A stretch of DNA of 64,000 bases from Sedimenticolaceae bacterium (GCA_050288625.1 JBNKEE010000046.1:5145-69144); one strand, 5' to 3'. Counted from the first letter of the stretch, positions 30,397-41,433 are shown. Numbers and translations: made by a program. Notes: a model not told the origin generated them from the letters alone.

Positions 30397-32040
30397 TCAA
30401 CTACTGATCTGGCCCAGGGTTAGGCTCAGTTTTGCACACAATTGTTTAAAATCTGCGTAGTTATCTTCGTTCAGCACATATGTTCCATCGGCATAAATAA
30501 AACCAACTGCCTCGCCGCGGACAAATATGGACATGCAAAAAAATCCGTTTTGATCGAGAGAGTCACGCAGGTCTTGCGGGATCATGGGAAGAAACTTTTC
30601 CCGGTTATCTGATTTTAACCAAAATCCTTGCTGTTTCGACAGCAAGAGTTTGAAAAGATTTTCTTCCTTAATGTTGACGATAAAGTTGTTCAATCCCGAG
30701 TCTGCCTCAGCACCTTTCAGTTCACAAACCTTGGCGTACTTTTTATTCTCATTGATTATGGCGAACATGACCCGTTTCAGACCCAGATCGTTGCGCATCT
30801 TGCGCATATAATCGGATAGACTGGCCTCCCAGGGCAACGGGGCACTGGCCTTTTGAACGACCTTGGGCAGGGTCGGCCTATCTACTGCAGGCTCGGACTT
30901 CTGGGTAACGCTACTCTGTTTGGGTGGTTTGATATCTTTAATCTCTTTCTTCTCAATCACAGGTTTGTCTTTTGACTTATTAACCTGAATCGGCCTGGGT
31001 TTTTTGGGTGGATCTTTCGGCATCTGCTTTATAAGTTCGGTCAGCGATGGCCTTTTTTCTGTTTTTTTGGGTTTTTCCGGTGGTCGTTCGATCTCGATGC
31101 GCATCGGCCTTTTTATCCGTTTTTGGGGGATTATCTCAATAGATCCTTTTTCCGGTGTCTTCTTCTCACTGATGATCGTGACGGGAGGCTGTCGCAGCAT
31201 ATTGAAGGAGGATGCGGGCAAGGGTAGTCCGAATAGCTGCCTGTCAGCCTGGGCCGCTAACGAGTGGATGAAAGCCGCGGTCTTCTCCTTATTGTGCTGG
31301 ATGTATCCACCTAAGAGTTCAATCAGGTCTTCGACCTCGCTGGAGTTCCACCCAGTTGCCGATTCACGTGCAATAGAACAGGCAATCTGCACCGCCATGG
31401 AACGAGATTTCCCGAACCAGGTGTGGTCTGTGGTCTCGGTAATAAGGCGCGAGAACTGCCATCTTTTAGACAGTTCTGTATTCAGCTGTTTCATGGTGAA
31501 GCCAAGAACAGAATAAGAAGCAGACCCATAATCTGCGCCCTTCTGCACCAGTTTGTATATTTCTAACATCGGTTTATGGGCGTAGGCCCATAAGGCCATT
31601 TCACCACAGTTGTGTAGCAGAGCGGCAAGCCCCATCTCATCAGGATTCTTGTCGTTGCGTAGTTCACCTAGGGCCTTTGCATATATGGCGGCATGTGCAG
31701 CGCGCGAGTATGTATGGTAGATGCCTATCTTTGCGGCGTCTGGCAGGGTCTTATCCAGTGTTGGTAGATTTTTGGCTGCAATCTTGACCGGTAGGGGGCC
31801 GAGCATAGAAATGGCGTGGGCCACGTCGGTTGCTGGTCCTTTTTCGTCACCATGAGATGCCCCATAGCTACGGAAGATGTCCATGGTAAAGCCAGGGTCC
31901 AGACCAATCACCTTTTGCAGGTCCTGGTTGCTGGTTATGGGGTCATCCTGTAGATATCTGACCCGTTGAATTGTGACGGCCATCGCCGGAAGAGGACGTT
32001 TCGCTAAGTTGGCAACCAGGCCCTCGAGAGAAATTGCCAT
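30397..32040 (-). CDS. HDOD-domain signalling protein with Lys/Pro-rich linker and GAF-like C-terminal domain
   Basis: 547 aa. N-terminal HDOD pattern (LP.MP.....V..L..DP..S...L..VI..DP....), HN.G. A KP-rich segment of about 120 aa. The C-terminal 150 aa are globular (ending EAVGFIYAD). Confidence 0.7.
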   Translation of the reverse strand: MAISLEGLVANLAKRPLPAMAVTIQRVRYLQDDPITSNQDLQKVIGLDPGFTMDIFRSYGASHGDEKGPATDVAHAISMLGPLPVKIAAKNLPTLDKTLPDAAKIGIYHTYSRAAHAAIYAKALGELRNDKNPDEMGLAALLHNCGEMALWAYAHKPMLEIYKLVQKGADYGSASYSVLGFTMKQLNTELSKRWQFSRLITETTDHTWFGKSRSMAVQIACSIARESATGWNSSEVEDLIELLGGYIQHNKEKTAAFIHSLAAQADRQLFGLPLPASSFNMLRQPPVTIISEKKTPEKGSIEIIPQKRIKRPMRIEIERPPEKPKKTEKRPSLTELIKQMPKDPPKKPRPIQVNKSKDKPVIEKKEIKDIKPPKQSSVTQKSEPAVDRPTLPKVVQKASAPLPWEASLSDYMRKMRNDLGLKRVMFAIINENKKYAKVCELKGAEADSGLNNFIVNIKEENLFKLLLSKQQGFWLKSDNREKFLPMIPQDLRDSLDQNGFFCMSIFVRGEAVGFIYADGTYVLNEDNYADFKQLCAKLSLTLGQISS

Positions 32041-32293
32041 TGTTTATTATATCCCTACACTTTATCTTCAGGCTGAAATGAAAGCACAACACAGCGCAGA
32101 TGGGAACATTGATAGTTGATATAAATATAGAGCAAAACAGAGAAGTCGTAGTACAGATCAGGAGCAGGCCAACATGTGGGTTTTACGGCCGTTATGCCGT
32201 CTCAGCAACAAAAAGCTGGCAGAAGGTGTCCTGATCACCCTCTGGAATGATAAACTTTGCGCCAATGTATTAACGAGTATTTGAGGATGTTTC

Positions 32294-33040
32294 ATGGCTG
32301 GACATAGTAAATGGGCCAATATCAAGCATAAAAAGGCGGCCAACGATAAAAAACGCGGCAAGATCTGGACCAAATTGTTACGCGAGGTAACGGTGGCGGC
32401 CAAAGAGGGCGGTGGGGATATCGACTCCAATCCCAGGTTGCGTCTGGCTGTGGATAAGGCCAACGGGGCCAATGTGCCCAGGGATACCATCGATCGCGCC
32501 ATCAAGCGTGGTGCCGGTGCCGGCGAGGGCGACAACTACGATGAGATCCGCTACGAGGGCTATGGTCCCGGCGGAATCGCAGTAATCGTCGACTGCATGA
32601 CCGACAACCGTAACCGCACCGCATCCGAGGTGCGTCACGCCTTCACCAAACATGGCGGCAATCTCGGGACAGACGGTTCTGTGGCCTACATGTTCAGCAA
32701 GCAGGGCATAATCAGCTTCGCTCCAGGGGCGGATGAGGACGGCATCATGGAGGCTGCCCTTGAGGCCGGGGCCGATGACGTGGTAAGCAACGATGACGGT
32801 TCCATAGATGTGATGACCACCCCGGAGGTATTTACTGCGGTTAAAGACGGTATGCTTGCCTCTGGACATACACCAGATAACGCCGAGGTTACCTTCACCG
32901 CATCCACCAACACCGAGCTGGACCAGGAGACGGCGGAAAAGCTGATGAGGATGATCGATACTCTGGAAGACCTGGATGATGTGCAGGAGGTCTACACCAA
33001 TGCCGAGATCTCGGACGAGATCATGGAAGCCTTGGGCTAA
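32294..33040 (+). CDS. yebC: YebC/PmpR family DNA-binding transcriptional regulator
   Basis: 248 aa starting [14 protein letters not shown]. Sits upstream of ruvC, as is usual. Confidence 0.93.
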   Translation: MAGHSKWANIKHKKAANDKKRGKIWTKLLREVTVAAKEGGGDIDSNPRLRLAVDKANGANVPRDTIDRAIKRGAGAGEGDNYDEIRYEGYGPGGIAVIVDCMTDNRNRTASEVRHAFTKHGGNLGTDGSVAYMFSKQGIISFAPGADEDGIMEAALEAGADDVVSNDDGSIDVMTTPEVFTAVKDGMLASGHTPDNAEVTFTASTNTELDQETAEKLMRMIDTLEDLDDVQEVYTNAEISDEIMEALG

Positions 33041-33049
33041 GGTATAGTC

Positions 33050-33550
33050 ATGCGGCGCATACTGGGCATAGATCCCGGCTCGCGCATAACCGGCTATGGT
33101 GTGATCGAGAGCGACGGCAGCAAGAGTATACACATAGCTAGTGGTTGTGTCCGTCTGCAGCAGAACGATATACCGGAAAGGTTGGGCGAGATATACCGAG
33201 CAATCACCCAGGTGATTGCCGATTTTGCTCCGACCGAGATGGCGGTGGAAGAGGTGTTCGTATCCAAGAATCCATCGTCCGCACTAAAATTGGGGCATGC
33301 TCGCGGGGCAGCGGTTTGTGCCGGGGTAATGGCCGGTCTGCCGATCGCCGAATATACCCCGCGCAGGATCAAGCAGACGGTGGTGGGAACCGGGGGCGCA
33401 GATAAAGAACAGGTACAGCACATGATTAAACTGATCCTGCAACTGGATGAGAAACTTGCTGCGGACCAGGCGGACGCACTGGCAGTTGCGATCACTCATG
33501 CCCACTCCAACAGTATGCTGCTCAACCTTAAAGCGGGAGGCAGGATATGA
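33050..33550 (+). CDS. ruvC: crossover junction endodeoxyribonuclease RuvC
   Basis: 166 aa. ILGIDPGSRITGYGV and ADALAVAITH catalytic acidic residues. Confidence 0.93.
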   Translation: MRRILGIDPGSRITGYGVIESDGSKSIHIASGCVRLQQNDIPERLGEIYRAITQVIADFAPTEMAVEEVFVSKNPSSALKLGHARGAAVCAGVMAGLPIAEYTPRRIKQTVVGTGGADKEQVQHMIKLILQLDEKLAADQADALAVAITHAHSNSMLLNLKAGGRI

Positions 33551-34152
33551 TCGGGCGTCTGCGCGGCGAACTAGTGTCCAAGACTCCGCCTTTTTTGCTA
33601 CTGGACGTAAATGGGGTGGGTTATGACGTTGAATCACCCATGTCCACCTTCTACAACCTACCGGCCGTGGGAGAGCAGGTAACCCTGTTTACCCATCTGG
33701 CGATTAGGGATGACGCACATGTGTTGTATGGATTTGCCAGCGAAGCTGAACGTTCTCTGTTCCGTTCACTGCTTAAGGTGAGCGGTGTGGGGGCCAAGAT
33801 GGCGCTGGCAATCTTGTCTGGCATGAGCGCCGACGAGTTTGCAGCCTGTGTGCAGGCCAACGATAGCGCCGCACTGGTACGTCTTCCAGGGATCGGAAAG
33901 AAGACCGCTGAGCGCCTCATTGTGGAGATGAGGGATAGATTGGATAAGCTTGAACTTGGTGACATTGCCGTCCGTTCCGCTGGAACGTCTTCGGTCGTAG
34001 AACACTCCCCGGTTTCAGATGCGGTGGGTGCTTTGATTGCTTTAGGGTACAAGGCCAACGACGCAAGCCGTATGGTCCGTGGTATTGATTGTGCTGGACT
34101 AAGCAGCGAGGAGATAATCCGCGCATCCCTTAAGGCGGCGGTGACAAACTGA
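33547..34152 (+). CDS. ruvA: Holliday junction branch migration complex subunit RuvA
   Basis: 201 aa. MIGRLRG, GVGY.V and HhH motifs ([26 protein letters not shown]). Confidence 0.93.
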   Translation: MIGRLRGELVSKTPPFLLLDVNGVGYDVESPMSTFYNLPAVGEQVTLFTHLAIRDDAHVLYGFASEAERSLFRSLLKVSGVGAKMALAILSGMSADEFAACVQANDSAALVRLPGIGKKTAERLIVEMRDRLDKLELGDIAVRSAGTSSVVEHSPVSDAVGALIALGYKANDASRMVRGIDCAGLSSEEIIRASLKAAVTN

Positions 34153-35201
34153 TGACAGGACATGACCCCATAATCATCCCAGAGGCCGCTTCTGACGATG
34201 CCGCCGTAGATCGAGTGATTCGCCCTAAAAGACTTAGCGACTACGTTGGACAGCCCACGGTGCGGGATCAGATGGAGATCTTTATTCAGGCTGCCCAGGG
34301 CCGAGAAGAGGCCCTGGATCATGTGCTGATCTTCGGTCCGCCCGGTCTGGGTAAGACCACCCTGGCTCATATCGTTGCCAATGAGATGGGGGTGGGTCTG
34401 CGTCATACCTCCGGCCCGGTGTTGGAAAAACCAGGGGATCTGGCGGCGCTATTGACCAACCTTGAGCCGAATGACGTCCTGTTTGTGGATGAGATACACC
34501 GTCTGTCCGCAGTGGTGGAAGAGGTATTGTATCCGGCCATGGAGGATTTTCAGCTGGATATCATGATAGGGGAGGGGCCGGCAGCACGGTCCATTAAATT
34601 GGACCTTCCTCCTTTTACCCTGGTTGGCGCCACCACCCGAGCGGGTCTCCTTACCTCGCCGTTACGCGATCGTTTCGGCATAGTGCAGCGGCTGGAGTTC
34701 TATTCCACCGATGATCTTACCCACATCGTCAAGCGTTCTTCTGGGATCATGAATATCGCCATTGACGATTCAGGTGCCAATGAGATCGCCTGTCGTTCTC
34801 GTGGTACGCCTCGCATAGCCAATCGTCTGCTGCGCCGAGTTAGAGACTTCGCTCAGGTCAAGGGGGATGGCAGTATCACCAAGGGGATCGCCGATCAGGC
34901 CCTGGGTATGCTTAAGGTGGATAACAACGGTTTTGATAGTATGGATCGTAGACTGCTATCGGCGGTGATCAACAAGTTCGACGGTGGTCCGGTCGGTGTA
35001 GACAGCCTGGCGGCGGCCATAGGGGAAGAGCGCGGCACTATAGAGGATGTGCTGGAGCCGTATCTGATCCAGCAGGGGTTTCTGATGCGCACCCCCCGGG
35101 GGCGGGTAGCCACCAGGGCGGCCTATCTGCATTTTGGCCTGACCCCAACCTCTGATACGGACACCGGCAAGCCGGATACCCCTGATCTGTTTTCCGAATA
35201 G
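34152..35201 (+). CDS. ruvB: Holliday junction branch migration DNA helicase RuvB
   Basis: 349 aa. Walker [10 protein letters not shown], Walker [10 protein letters not shown] and [13 protein letters not shown]. Confidence 0.96.
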   Translation: MTGHDPIIIPEAASDDAAVDRVIRPKRLSDYVGQPTVRDQMEIFIQAAQGREEALDHVLIFGPPGLGKTTLAHIVANEMGVGLRHTSGPVLEKPGDLAALLTNLEPNDVLFVDEIHRLSAVVEEVLYPAMEDFQLDIMIGEGPAARSIKLDLPPFTLVGATTRAGLLTSPLRDRFGIVQRLEFYSTDDLTHIVKRSSGIMNIAIDDSGANEIACRSRGTPRIANRLLRRVRDFAQVKGDGSITKGIADQALGMLKVDNNGFDSMDRRLLSAVINKFDGGPVGVDSLAAAIGEERGTIEDVLEPYLIQQGFLMRTPRGRVATRAAYLHFGLTPTSDTDTGKPDTPDLFSE

Positions 35202-35410
35202 CCGATAATCTTGCTCAATTCGCGTGTAAGGCCTTTTAGGATAGGCGTAATTGTTGGACAATACGCGGTTACTGAATTGGGGCTAGGGAGTGATAGTTGT
35301 AAATAACAGGCTGACGGAGTGGCTCTAAATTGATCGCTATCGAGTAGGAAACCGTGCTTGTGTCACTGTTCCGCTATGAAAAAAACTATTAAATATCCTT
35401 TATTGAAAAA

Positions 35411-35830
35411 ATGACATCTACCAAGGAATTTATCTGGCCTATCAGGGTCTACTACGAAGACACGGATTCGGGTGGTGTGGTGTACTATGCCAACTACCTG
35501 AAGTTCATGGAAAGGGCCAGAACGGAGTGGCTTAGAACCCTGGGGTTTGAACAAGACCAACTAGCGGAGCAAGAGGGTATTATCTTTGCTGTACGCAGGG
35601 CGGAGATAGATTTCATTTCAGCCGCAAGATTCAATGATGCGTTGGAGGTACGCGTGGGGATAGTGGAGCGTAAGCGAGCAAGTTTAATATTTAGACAAGA
35701 AATAACCAATACAACCGACGGACGAGCAATTTGCAACGGAACAATACAAATAGCCAGTGTGGATGCCACAGAATTCCGTCCTCGCCCCATACCTGATTCA
35801 ATCCTGAAGGAGTTGCCGGATGTCGACTGA
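35411..35830 (+). CDS. ybgC: tol-pal system-associated acyl-CoA thioesterase
   Basis: 139 aa. Hotdog fold with VYYEDTDSGGVVYYANYLKF. First gene of the tol-pal cluster. Confidence 0.85.
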   Translation: MTSTKEFIWPIRVYYEDTDSGGVVYYANYLKFMERARTEWLRTLGFEQDQLAEQEGIIFAVRRAEIDFISAARFNDALEVRVGIVERKRASLIFRQEITNTTDGRAICNGTIQIASVDATEFRPRPIPDSILKELPDVD

Positions 35831-36491
35831 GCTTTCATTTTTTCATCTGGTACTCAACGCCAGCCCTTTGGTGCAGCTGGTCATGGCATCCTTGATGCTG
35901 GCCTCAGTCATATCCTGGACCATGATCTTTGATCGGGCCAGGGTGCTGAAAAAGGCGCGCAAGGCGGCGGATGCGTTTGAAAAACGTTTTTGGTCTGGCG
36001 GCGACATGGGAGAACTTTACAACCAGGTTGGGGGGAGTGATTCTCCAGCCGGGCTGGCCAACATCTTTTATGCTGGTTTTCAGGAGTTTACCCGTCTGCG
36101 TCAACATGAAGACATCGAACCAATGGCTGTGGTGGAAGGCGCTAGACGCGCTATGCATGTGGCACTGAGCAGGGAGATGGATGGACTGGAAACCAATCTT
36201 TCCTTTCTTGCCACTGTAGGTTCCACCAGTCCCTATGTAGGTCTGTTTGGAACGGTGTGGGGCATCATGAACTCGTTTCATGCCCTGGGAAATGTGAAGC
36301 AGGCTACCCTGTCCCTGGTGGCTCCTGGTATCGCCGAGGCCCTGATCGCAACTGCCATGGGGCTGTTCGCAGCTATCCCTGCAGTAGTGGCATACAATAG
36401 GTTCTCTAACGATGCGGAACGGCTGAACGGCCGGTATGAAGACTTCCTGGACGAGTTCACCACCATACTCCAGAGGCAGGCCCATGTATAA
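35820..36491 (+). CDS. tolQ: Tol-Pal system protein TolQ
   Basis: 223 aa. MotA/TolQ/ExbB signature GLFGTVWGIM..F. 11-nt overlap with ybgC. Confidence 0.92.
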   Translation: MSTELSFFHLVLNASPLVQLVMASLMLASVISWTMIFDRARVLKKARKAADAFEKRFWSGGDMGELYNQVGGSDSPAGLANIFYAGFQEFTRLRQHEDIEPMAVVEGARRAMHVALSREMDGLETNLSFLATVGSTSPYVGLFGTVWGIMNSFHALGNVKQATLSLVAPGIAEALIATAMGLFAAIPAVVAYNRFSNDAERLNGRYEDFLDEFTTILQRQAHV

Positions 36492-36524
36492 GGGTATGCC
36501 CGAAAATCGTCTGCGGAGGACCGC

Positions 36525-36950
36525 ATGAGTCGGCAGAAGAACAGCCGTCGCCCCATGGCCGAGATCAATGTGGTGCCCTACATTGATGTGATGTTGGTGT
36601 TGCTGGTGATCTTTATGATCACTGCACCTCTGCTGACCCAAGGGGTAAAGGTGGACCTGCCGGTGGCGGACGCCAACCCCCTGCCACCGGATGCGGACGA
36701 TCCGGTCATAGTATCTGTAAACGCCAAGGGCCAGATGTTTATCGACATAGGCGAGGGCAAGAACGCCCCGGTTGAACCTGAGACGTTGATGACCAGGGTG
36801 GCTGCGGTGCTGAAATATAAACCGAAAACCCCCATAATGGTACGTGGCGACCGCAACGTGGACTACGGCCATGTGGTCAAGGCAATGGTTATGATACAGC
36901 AGGCGGGTGCGCCCAATGTCGGTCTGATAACGGAAACGCCGGAAGAGTAG
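36525..36950 (+). CDS. tolR: Tol-Pal system protein TolR
   Basis: 141 aa. EINVVPYIDVMLVLLVIFM (conserved Asp in the TM segment), ExbD/TolR fold. Confidence 0.9.
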   Translation: MSRQKNSRRPMAEINVVPYIDVMLVLLVIFMITAPLLTQGVKVDLPVADANPLPPDADDPVIVSVNAKGQMFIDIGEGKNAPVEPETLMTRVAAVLKYKPKTPIMVRGDRNVDYGHVVKAMVMIQQAGAPNVGLITETPEE

Positions 36951-36963
36951 GGTAGAGAACCAG

Positions 36964-37797
36964 ATGTTCCAGATTCTCAAGACCAATCCGTTAGCCGCGG
37001 CCATCGCCATTGGCATGCATCTGGTCATCATCCTGTTGATGGTCTTCGGCCTGGACTGGCTGGAGAAACCTAAACCGGACAGGTTTAAGGCGAATGTGGT
37101 GCAGGCCACGGTTATTGACGCATCAAAGGTGGATGCCGAGGTAAAGAAGTTAAAGCTGGCGGATGAGAATAAAAAGAAAAAAGAGGAAGCGGCCAAGCTT
37201 AAAGAGAAAAAACATCTTGATGATTTGAAAAAGAAGCGTCAGGCAGAAGAGAAAAGACTGGCAGATCTGAAAAAGAAACGCCAGGCGGAAGAGAAGAAAA
37301 AGCTCGAGCTAGAGAAGGAGAATAAACGCAAGGCGGCGGAGGCAAAGAAGAGAGAGGCAGAAGAGAAGAAACGTAAGGCAGCTGCAGAAAAAAAGCGCAA
37401 AGCGGCCGAGGAGAAAAAGCGCAAAGCAGAAGCGGAAAGGAAGCGTAAACTGGAGGAACAGCGTAAGTTGGAGGCCCAGATGCGGGCCGATATGGAGGCC
37501 GAGCGAGATGCGACTGAGATCGAGCTCTATATGGCCAAGATACAGCAGACGGTTGAAGATAGCTGGCTAAGGCCAAGCACTGTAGGCGATGGATTGAAGT
37601 GTACTTTGAGGATTCGTATGGCGGCTGGCGGTAATGTGATAGCAGCGCAGGTGGTTCAGAGTAGTGGCAATAGCGCCTTTGACCGCTCTGCAGAGGCGGC
37701 CGTACGTAAAGCCGATCCACTTCCTGTGCCTAGTGGACGGTTGTTCGAAAAATTTAGAGACATAAACTTTGTGTTTGCACCGAGAAGCGGGGAGTAA
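36964..37797 (+). CDS. tolA: Tol-Pal system protein TolA
   Basis: 277 aa. N-terminal TM anchor, a Lys/Glu/Ala-rich helical domain II (repetitive [10 protein letters not shown]) and a C-terminal globular domain ([20 protein letters not shown]). Confidence 0.8.
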   Translation: MFQILKTNPLAAAIAIGMHLVIILLMVFGLDWLEKPKPDRFKANVVQATVIDASKVDAEVKKLKLADENKKKKEEAAKLKEKKHLDDLKKKRQAEEKRLADLKKKRQAEEKKKLELEKENKRKAAEAKKREAEEKKRKAAAEKKRKAAEEKKRKAEAERKRKLEEQRKLEAQMRADMEAERDATEIELYMAKIQQTVEDSWLRPSTVGDGLKCTLRIRMAAGGNVIAAQVVQSSGNSAFDRSAEAAVRKADPLPVPSGRLFEKFRDINFVFAPRSGE

Positions 37798-37808
37798 CTG
37801 AAACTGTT

Positions 37809-39113
37809 ATGAGAAAGATCTTACTATCTGTAGTGCTATATCTAATCAGTATGCAACAATTGGTTGCGGACCCCCTGACCATTCGTATCACGGAAGGTGC
37901 CAAGGGTGCATTGCCTATCGCAGTGGTGCCTTTCGCCTGGACGGGATCGGGCCAGGGTCCTAGTCAGGATATTTCTGAGATTATCCGTGCAGATCTAGCG
38001 CGTAGCGGACTGTTTCGTCCTATGCCCCCGGAGGATATGCTATCCCGTCCCAAGGATGGCAAAGAGATACAGTTTAAGGATTGGCGCGTGCTAAAGATGG
38101 AAAACCTAGTGGTGGGCCAGGTGCAGTCACAGGGATCGGGCCAGTATCTGGTCAGATTTCAATTGTTTGATGTGTTCAAGCAGGAGCAGTTGGCAGGTTA
38201 CAACGTGCCGACCAATGAGCGCGATCTGCGTGCTACCGCTCACCATATAGCGGATATAATATATGAGAAGATCACCGGGAAGAGGGGCGCTTTCTCCACC
38301 AAGGTGGCCTATGTCACCTCCATCATCCAGCGCAACGGCAGGGAGAAAGTTGTTCTGCAGGTGGCAGATGCTGACGGTTATAACCCTCAGACCATAGTGA
38401 CTTCCACTGAACCTCTGATGTCTCCCTCTTGGTCACCGGATGGGCGTAAGTTGGCCTATGTGTCGTTTGAGGGCAGAAAGGCCTCTATTTATGTGCAGGG
38501 TGTATATACCGGTCAGCGTCAGAAGGTTGCATCCTTCAGAGGTATAAACGGTGCTCCAGCCTGGTCACCGGATGGAACTAAACTGGCATTGACCCTATCC
38601 AAAGACGGCAATCCAGACATATATGTGCTGAATCTACAGAACAAATCGTTGCTAAGGCTGACTAAGCACTATGGGATAGATACAGAGGCTGCATGGTCGC
38701 CGGACGGAAAGTACGTCGCTTTTACTTCGTCACGCGGTGGTCAGCCACAGATCTATAAGGTTCCAGCGTTCGGTGGGAAGGTTCAGCGCGTTACCTATAA
38801 AGGTAAGTATAACGCGCGTGCAACCTACTCTCCTGATGGCAAATTACTTGCGATGGTTAACAGAAAAGCAGGATCTTTTCGTATAGCGTTATTGGATCTT
38901 GCTACAGGATCTATGAATATCCTAAGCCAAGGACGATTGGACGAGTCTCCTAGCTTCGCTCCTAACGGTGGCATGGTAATATATGCAACCAAGATAGGGG
39001 GCAAAGGCGAGTTGGCTGCCGTCTCGGTGGATGGAAGTGTAAAACAAAGGCTGGCTCTCCAGGTGGGAGATGTTCGTGAGCCAGCATGGTCCCCATTTAG
39101 TCGATCAAAATAG
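37809..39113 (+). CDS. tolB: Tol-Pal system beta-propeller protein TolB
   Basis: 434 aa with a signal peptide and repeated W/SPDG propeller blades ([34 protein letters not shown]). Confidence 0.93.
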   Translation: MRKILLSVVLYLISMQQLVADPLTIRITEGAKGALPIAVVPFAWTGSGQGPSQDISEIIRADLARSGLFRPMPPEDMLSRPKDGKEIQFKDWRVLKMENLVVGQVQSQGSGQYLVRFQLFDVFKQEQLAGYNVPTNERDLRATAHHIADIIYEKITGKRGAFSTKVAYVTSIIQRNGREKVVLQVADADGYNPQTIVTSTEPLMSPSWSPDGRKLAYVSFEGRKASIYVQGVYTGQRQKVASFRGINGAPAWSPDGTKLALTLSKDGNPDIYVLNLQNKSLLRLTKHYGIDTEAAWSPDGKYVAFTSSRGGQPQIYKVPAFGGKVQRVTYKGKYNARATYSPDGKLLAMVNRKAGSFRIALLDLATGSMNILSQGRLDESPSFAPNGGMVIYATKIGGKGELAAVSVDGSVKQRLALQVGDVREPAWSPFSRSK

Positions 39114-39127
39114 AGGAATTGACAGAA

Positions 39128-39634
39128 ATGAAATTGAAAATGGTAAAACTAATCCCGGTGTTGACTGTGGCACTGTATCTTGCTGGCTGTTCCAGCATGC
39201 CAGGCGTAGGCAATGAGGATGGCGCCGATGTCGCAGAAGCAGGAACCGCTGGAGCAAGTGAGGGTGGGGCATGGACCGGTAGTCCTCTGGATGATCCCAA
39301 CAGTCCTCTTTCCACCAAGATCATCTACTTCGGTTATGATATAAGTGAAATCCCGGCAGATTACAGGGATATCGTTGTGGCCCATGGTGCCTATCTTGCG
39401 GCCAATCCTCAGGCTCGGGTGTCTGTTGAAGGTCATGCGGACGAACGTGGTTCTAGGGAGTACAATATCGCCCTTGGCGAAGATCGTGCTAAGGCGGTTA
39501 AGCGTTTGTTGCTGGCGCAGGGTGCATCTGAGAGGCAGATTTCAACCATTAGTTATGGTGAAGAGCGTCCGGCAGATATCGCTTCCAATGAAGCGGCCTG
39601 GTCGTCTAATCGCCGTGTAGAGTTACGCTACTGA
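39128..39634 (+). CDS. pal: peptidoglycan-associated lipoprotein Pal
   Basis: Lipobox LAGC, OmpA-like domain (GHADERGSREYNIALGEDRA, NRRVEL). ATG at 39128 sits 10 nt after an AGAGGA SD; the track ORF starts at TTG 39119. Confidence 0.92.
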   Translation: MKLKMVKLIPVLTVALYLAGCSSMPGVGNEDGADVAEAGTAGASEGGAWTGSPLDDPNSPLSTKIIYFGYDISEIPADYRDIVVAHGAYLAANPQARVSVEGHADERGSREYNIALGEDRAKAVKRLLLAQGASERQISTISYGEERPADIASNEAAWSSNRRVELRY

Positions 39635-39653
39635 TTTTGAGGGGAAGATTGGT

Positions 39654-40706
39654 ATGAGGGTCTTGGTTGGTGCTGTGATTTTGCTCCTGGCTGCGCCAGT
39701 ATCTGCAATAGATTTTTTCTCGTCCAAGAAAGATGACAGCAGTACATCGTCCAAGGGACCATCTCTGGAACAAAGGGTGCAGATGTTAGAGCGGAGGATA
39801 AATACCCTCTCTAACATCGTCCTGCGTCTGGATAGTCTGCAACAAGAGATTCAAGATCTCAGGGGCGACGTCGAGGTGCAGAACCATACTATGGAAGGCC
39901 TGCGAAAGCGCCAGCTGGATTTCTACAACGACATGGATCAGAGGATATCCAGATTGTCTGGCGAGGCCCCTGCCGGACAGCCGGGAGACACCGTTGGTGG
40001 GATGGTACCCCAGACCGCGGAGCGAACCAATAATTCGGTTCAGTCTCAGGCGCCACAACCGGCCGGTGAGCCTAATTGGGAGTCCAGCCCTGTTACCCCA
40101 GCACCTAACCAACCTACATCTATGGCGCAGGATCAATCTGCTGCTCCTGCCGCAAGCAGTGCTCGGATTCAGTCAGGAGGGGCAAATCTGCCACCGGTAG
40201 TAAGCTCAACATCTCCATCCCCGTCCGTATCATCATCTTCAGCAATGGATTCTCCCGGTCAGCTTCAGGCTACCACAGTGGCTGTGGCGCCTAGGCCTTC
40301 TGCACCATATCGCGAAGCCGAAGGTGAAAAGTCTAGCTATCAGCAAGCGTTCAATATGCTGATGGATCGGAAGTATGACCAGGCAAAACAGTCGTTTCGC
40401 TCATTCCTGGTCAAGTATCCCAACAGCAGATTGGCAGATAACGCTCAGTACTGGTTAGCTGAGGCAAACTATGTGACCAGGGATTTCGATGCGGCCCAGA
40501 CCGAGTTCACCAAGGTGATAAAGACTCACCCTGGTAGCCCCAAGGTTTCAGATGCCATGCTGAAGATAGGTTATATTCAGTATGAAAAGAAACAGTGGTC
40601 TGCGGCGAAGAATACACTGAATGTGGTGATCAACAGATACCCAAATTCCACCGCAAGCCAACTGGCAAAAAAACGTCTAACCAAGATGCGGGCTCAGGGG
40701 CACTAG
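39654..40706 (+). CDS. cpoB: cell division coordinator CpoB (YbgF), with extended low-complexity linker
   Basis: 350 aa. Signal peptide, N-terminal coiled coil, Ser/Pro/Ala/Gln-rich spacer, then C-terminal TPR block (YQQAF.....KYDQA...F..FL.KYPNS.LADNAQYWL.E). Last gene of the tol-pal cluster. Confidence 0.85.
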   Translation: MRVLVGAVILLLAAPVSAIDFFSSKKDDSSTSSKGPSLEQRVQMLERRINTLSNIVLRLDSLQQEIQDLRGDVEVQNHTMEGLRKRQLDFYNDMDQRISRLSGEAPAGQPGDTVGGMVPQTAERTNNSVQSQAPQPAGEPNWESSPVTPAPNQPTSMAQDQSAAPAASSARIQSGGANLPPVVSSTSPSPSVSSSSAMDSPGQLQATTVAVAPRPSAPYREAEGEKSSYQQAFNMLMDRKYDQAKQSFRSFLVKYPNSRLADNAQYWLAEANYVTRDFDAAQTEFTKVIKTHPGSPKVSDAMLKIGYIQYEKKQWSAAKNTLNVVINRYPNSTASQLAKKRLTKMRAQGH

Positions 40707-40732
40707 GTGTAGTTCAGGTTTTCTATATGTAT

Positions 40733-40760
40733 AAAGGGGCATCTTGATGCCCCTTTTTTT
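40733..40760 (+). terminator. rho-independent terminator after cpoB
   Basis: GGGGCA (40736-40741) pairs with TGCCCC (40748-40753) around a 6-nt loop, followed by T7 (40754-40760). Confidence 0.7.
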
Positions 40761-40768
40761 GTTAAGGT

Positions 40769-41416
40769 GTGCTGGTGTCCAGTTTGCAGATAACAGAGAT
40801 ATTCTATTCACTCCAAGGTGAGTCCAATACCGTTGGCATGCCCACGGTTTTTGTACGCCTAACCGGATGCCCCCTGCGCTGCAATTACTGTGATACTGAG
40901 TATGCCTTCAGTGGGGGAGAGCGGTTAACCATCGAAGCAATAGTAGATCAGATCGCCTCACATAGGTGTAAAAGGGTAACCGTTACCGGTGGTGAGCCCT
41001 TGGCCCAGAGACAGTGTTTAGAACTCCTCACCAGATTGTGTGATGATGGTTATCTGGTCGCACTAGAGACCTGTGGTGCTCTAGATATCTCAGGGGTAGA
41101 CCATCGAGTCACCAAGATCATGGACATAAAAACACCGGGTTCTGGTGAGGGGGATAACAACCTGTTTTCAAATCTCAATTTCCTGTCCAATACCGACCAG
41201 ATAAAGTTTGTGATATGTGACGAAGCGGACTACGTATGGTCTCGGCAGATCATGGATAAAGAGGTACTAGCGGAGAAGGTGGAGGTGATAATTTTGCCAG
41301 CTCATGGAGTTCAAGATCCGGTGGAACTAGCGGAGTGGGTATTGCGTGATAGACTTCCTGTGCGCTTTCAGATGCAGTTACACAAACAGCTTTGGGGTGA
41401 TGAGAGAGGCAAATAA
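40769..41416 (+). CDS. queE: 7-carboxy-7-deazaguanine synthase (radical SAM)
   Basis: 215 aa. [33 protein letters not shown] start in the track; the exact start is uncertain. Confidence 0.88.
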   Translation: MLVSSLQITEIFYSLQGESNTVGMPTVFVRLTGCPLRCNYCDTEYAFSGGERLTIEAIVDQIASHRCKRVTVTGGEPLAQRQCLELLTRLCDDGYLVALETCGALDISGVDHRVTKIMDIKTPGSGEGDNNLFSNLNFLSNTDQIKFVICDEADYVWSRQIMDKEVLAEKVEVIILPAHGVQDPVELAEWVLRDRLPVRFQMQLHKQLWGDERGK

Positions 41417-41433
41417 AACACTATGGAGATAAG

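Noticed and set aside
35904-37196. A 430-aa ORF antisense to tolQ-tolR-tolA.
   Set aside because: It lies entirely opposite well-supported genes and has His/Arg/Gly-rich composition typical of shadow ORFs, with no motifs.
37180-37460. Tandem AAGAAGAAA/GCGGAAGAG-type repeats in tolA as a novel repeat element.
   Set aside because: This is the ordinary Lys/Glu/Ala-rich domain II of TolA, and low-complexity coding repeats are expected for this protein.
40707-40768. A preQ1 riboswitch upstream of queE/queC.
   Set aside because: The only structure present is a GC stem plus T7 that directly follows the cpoB stop and is a terminator. There is no preQ1-I/II-like loop sequence, and the space is too short.
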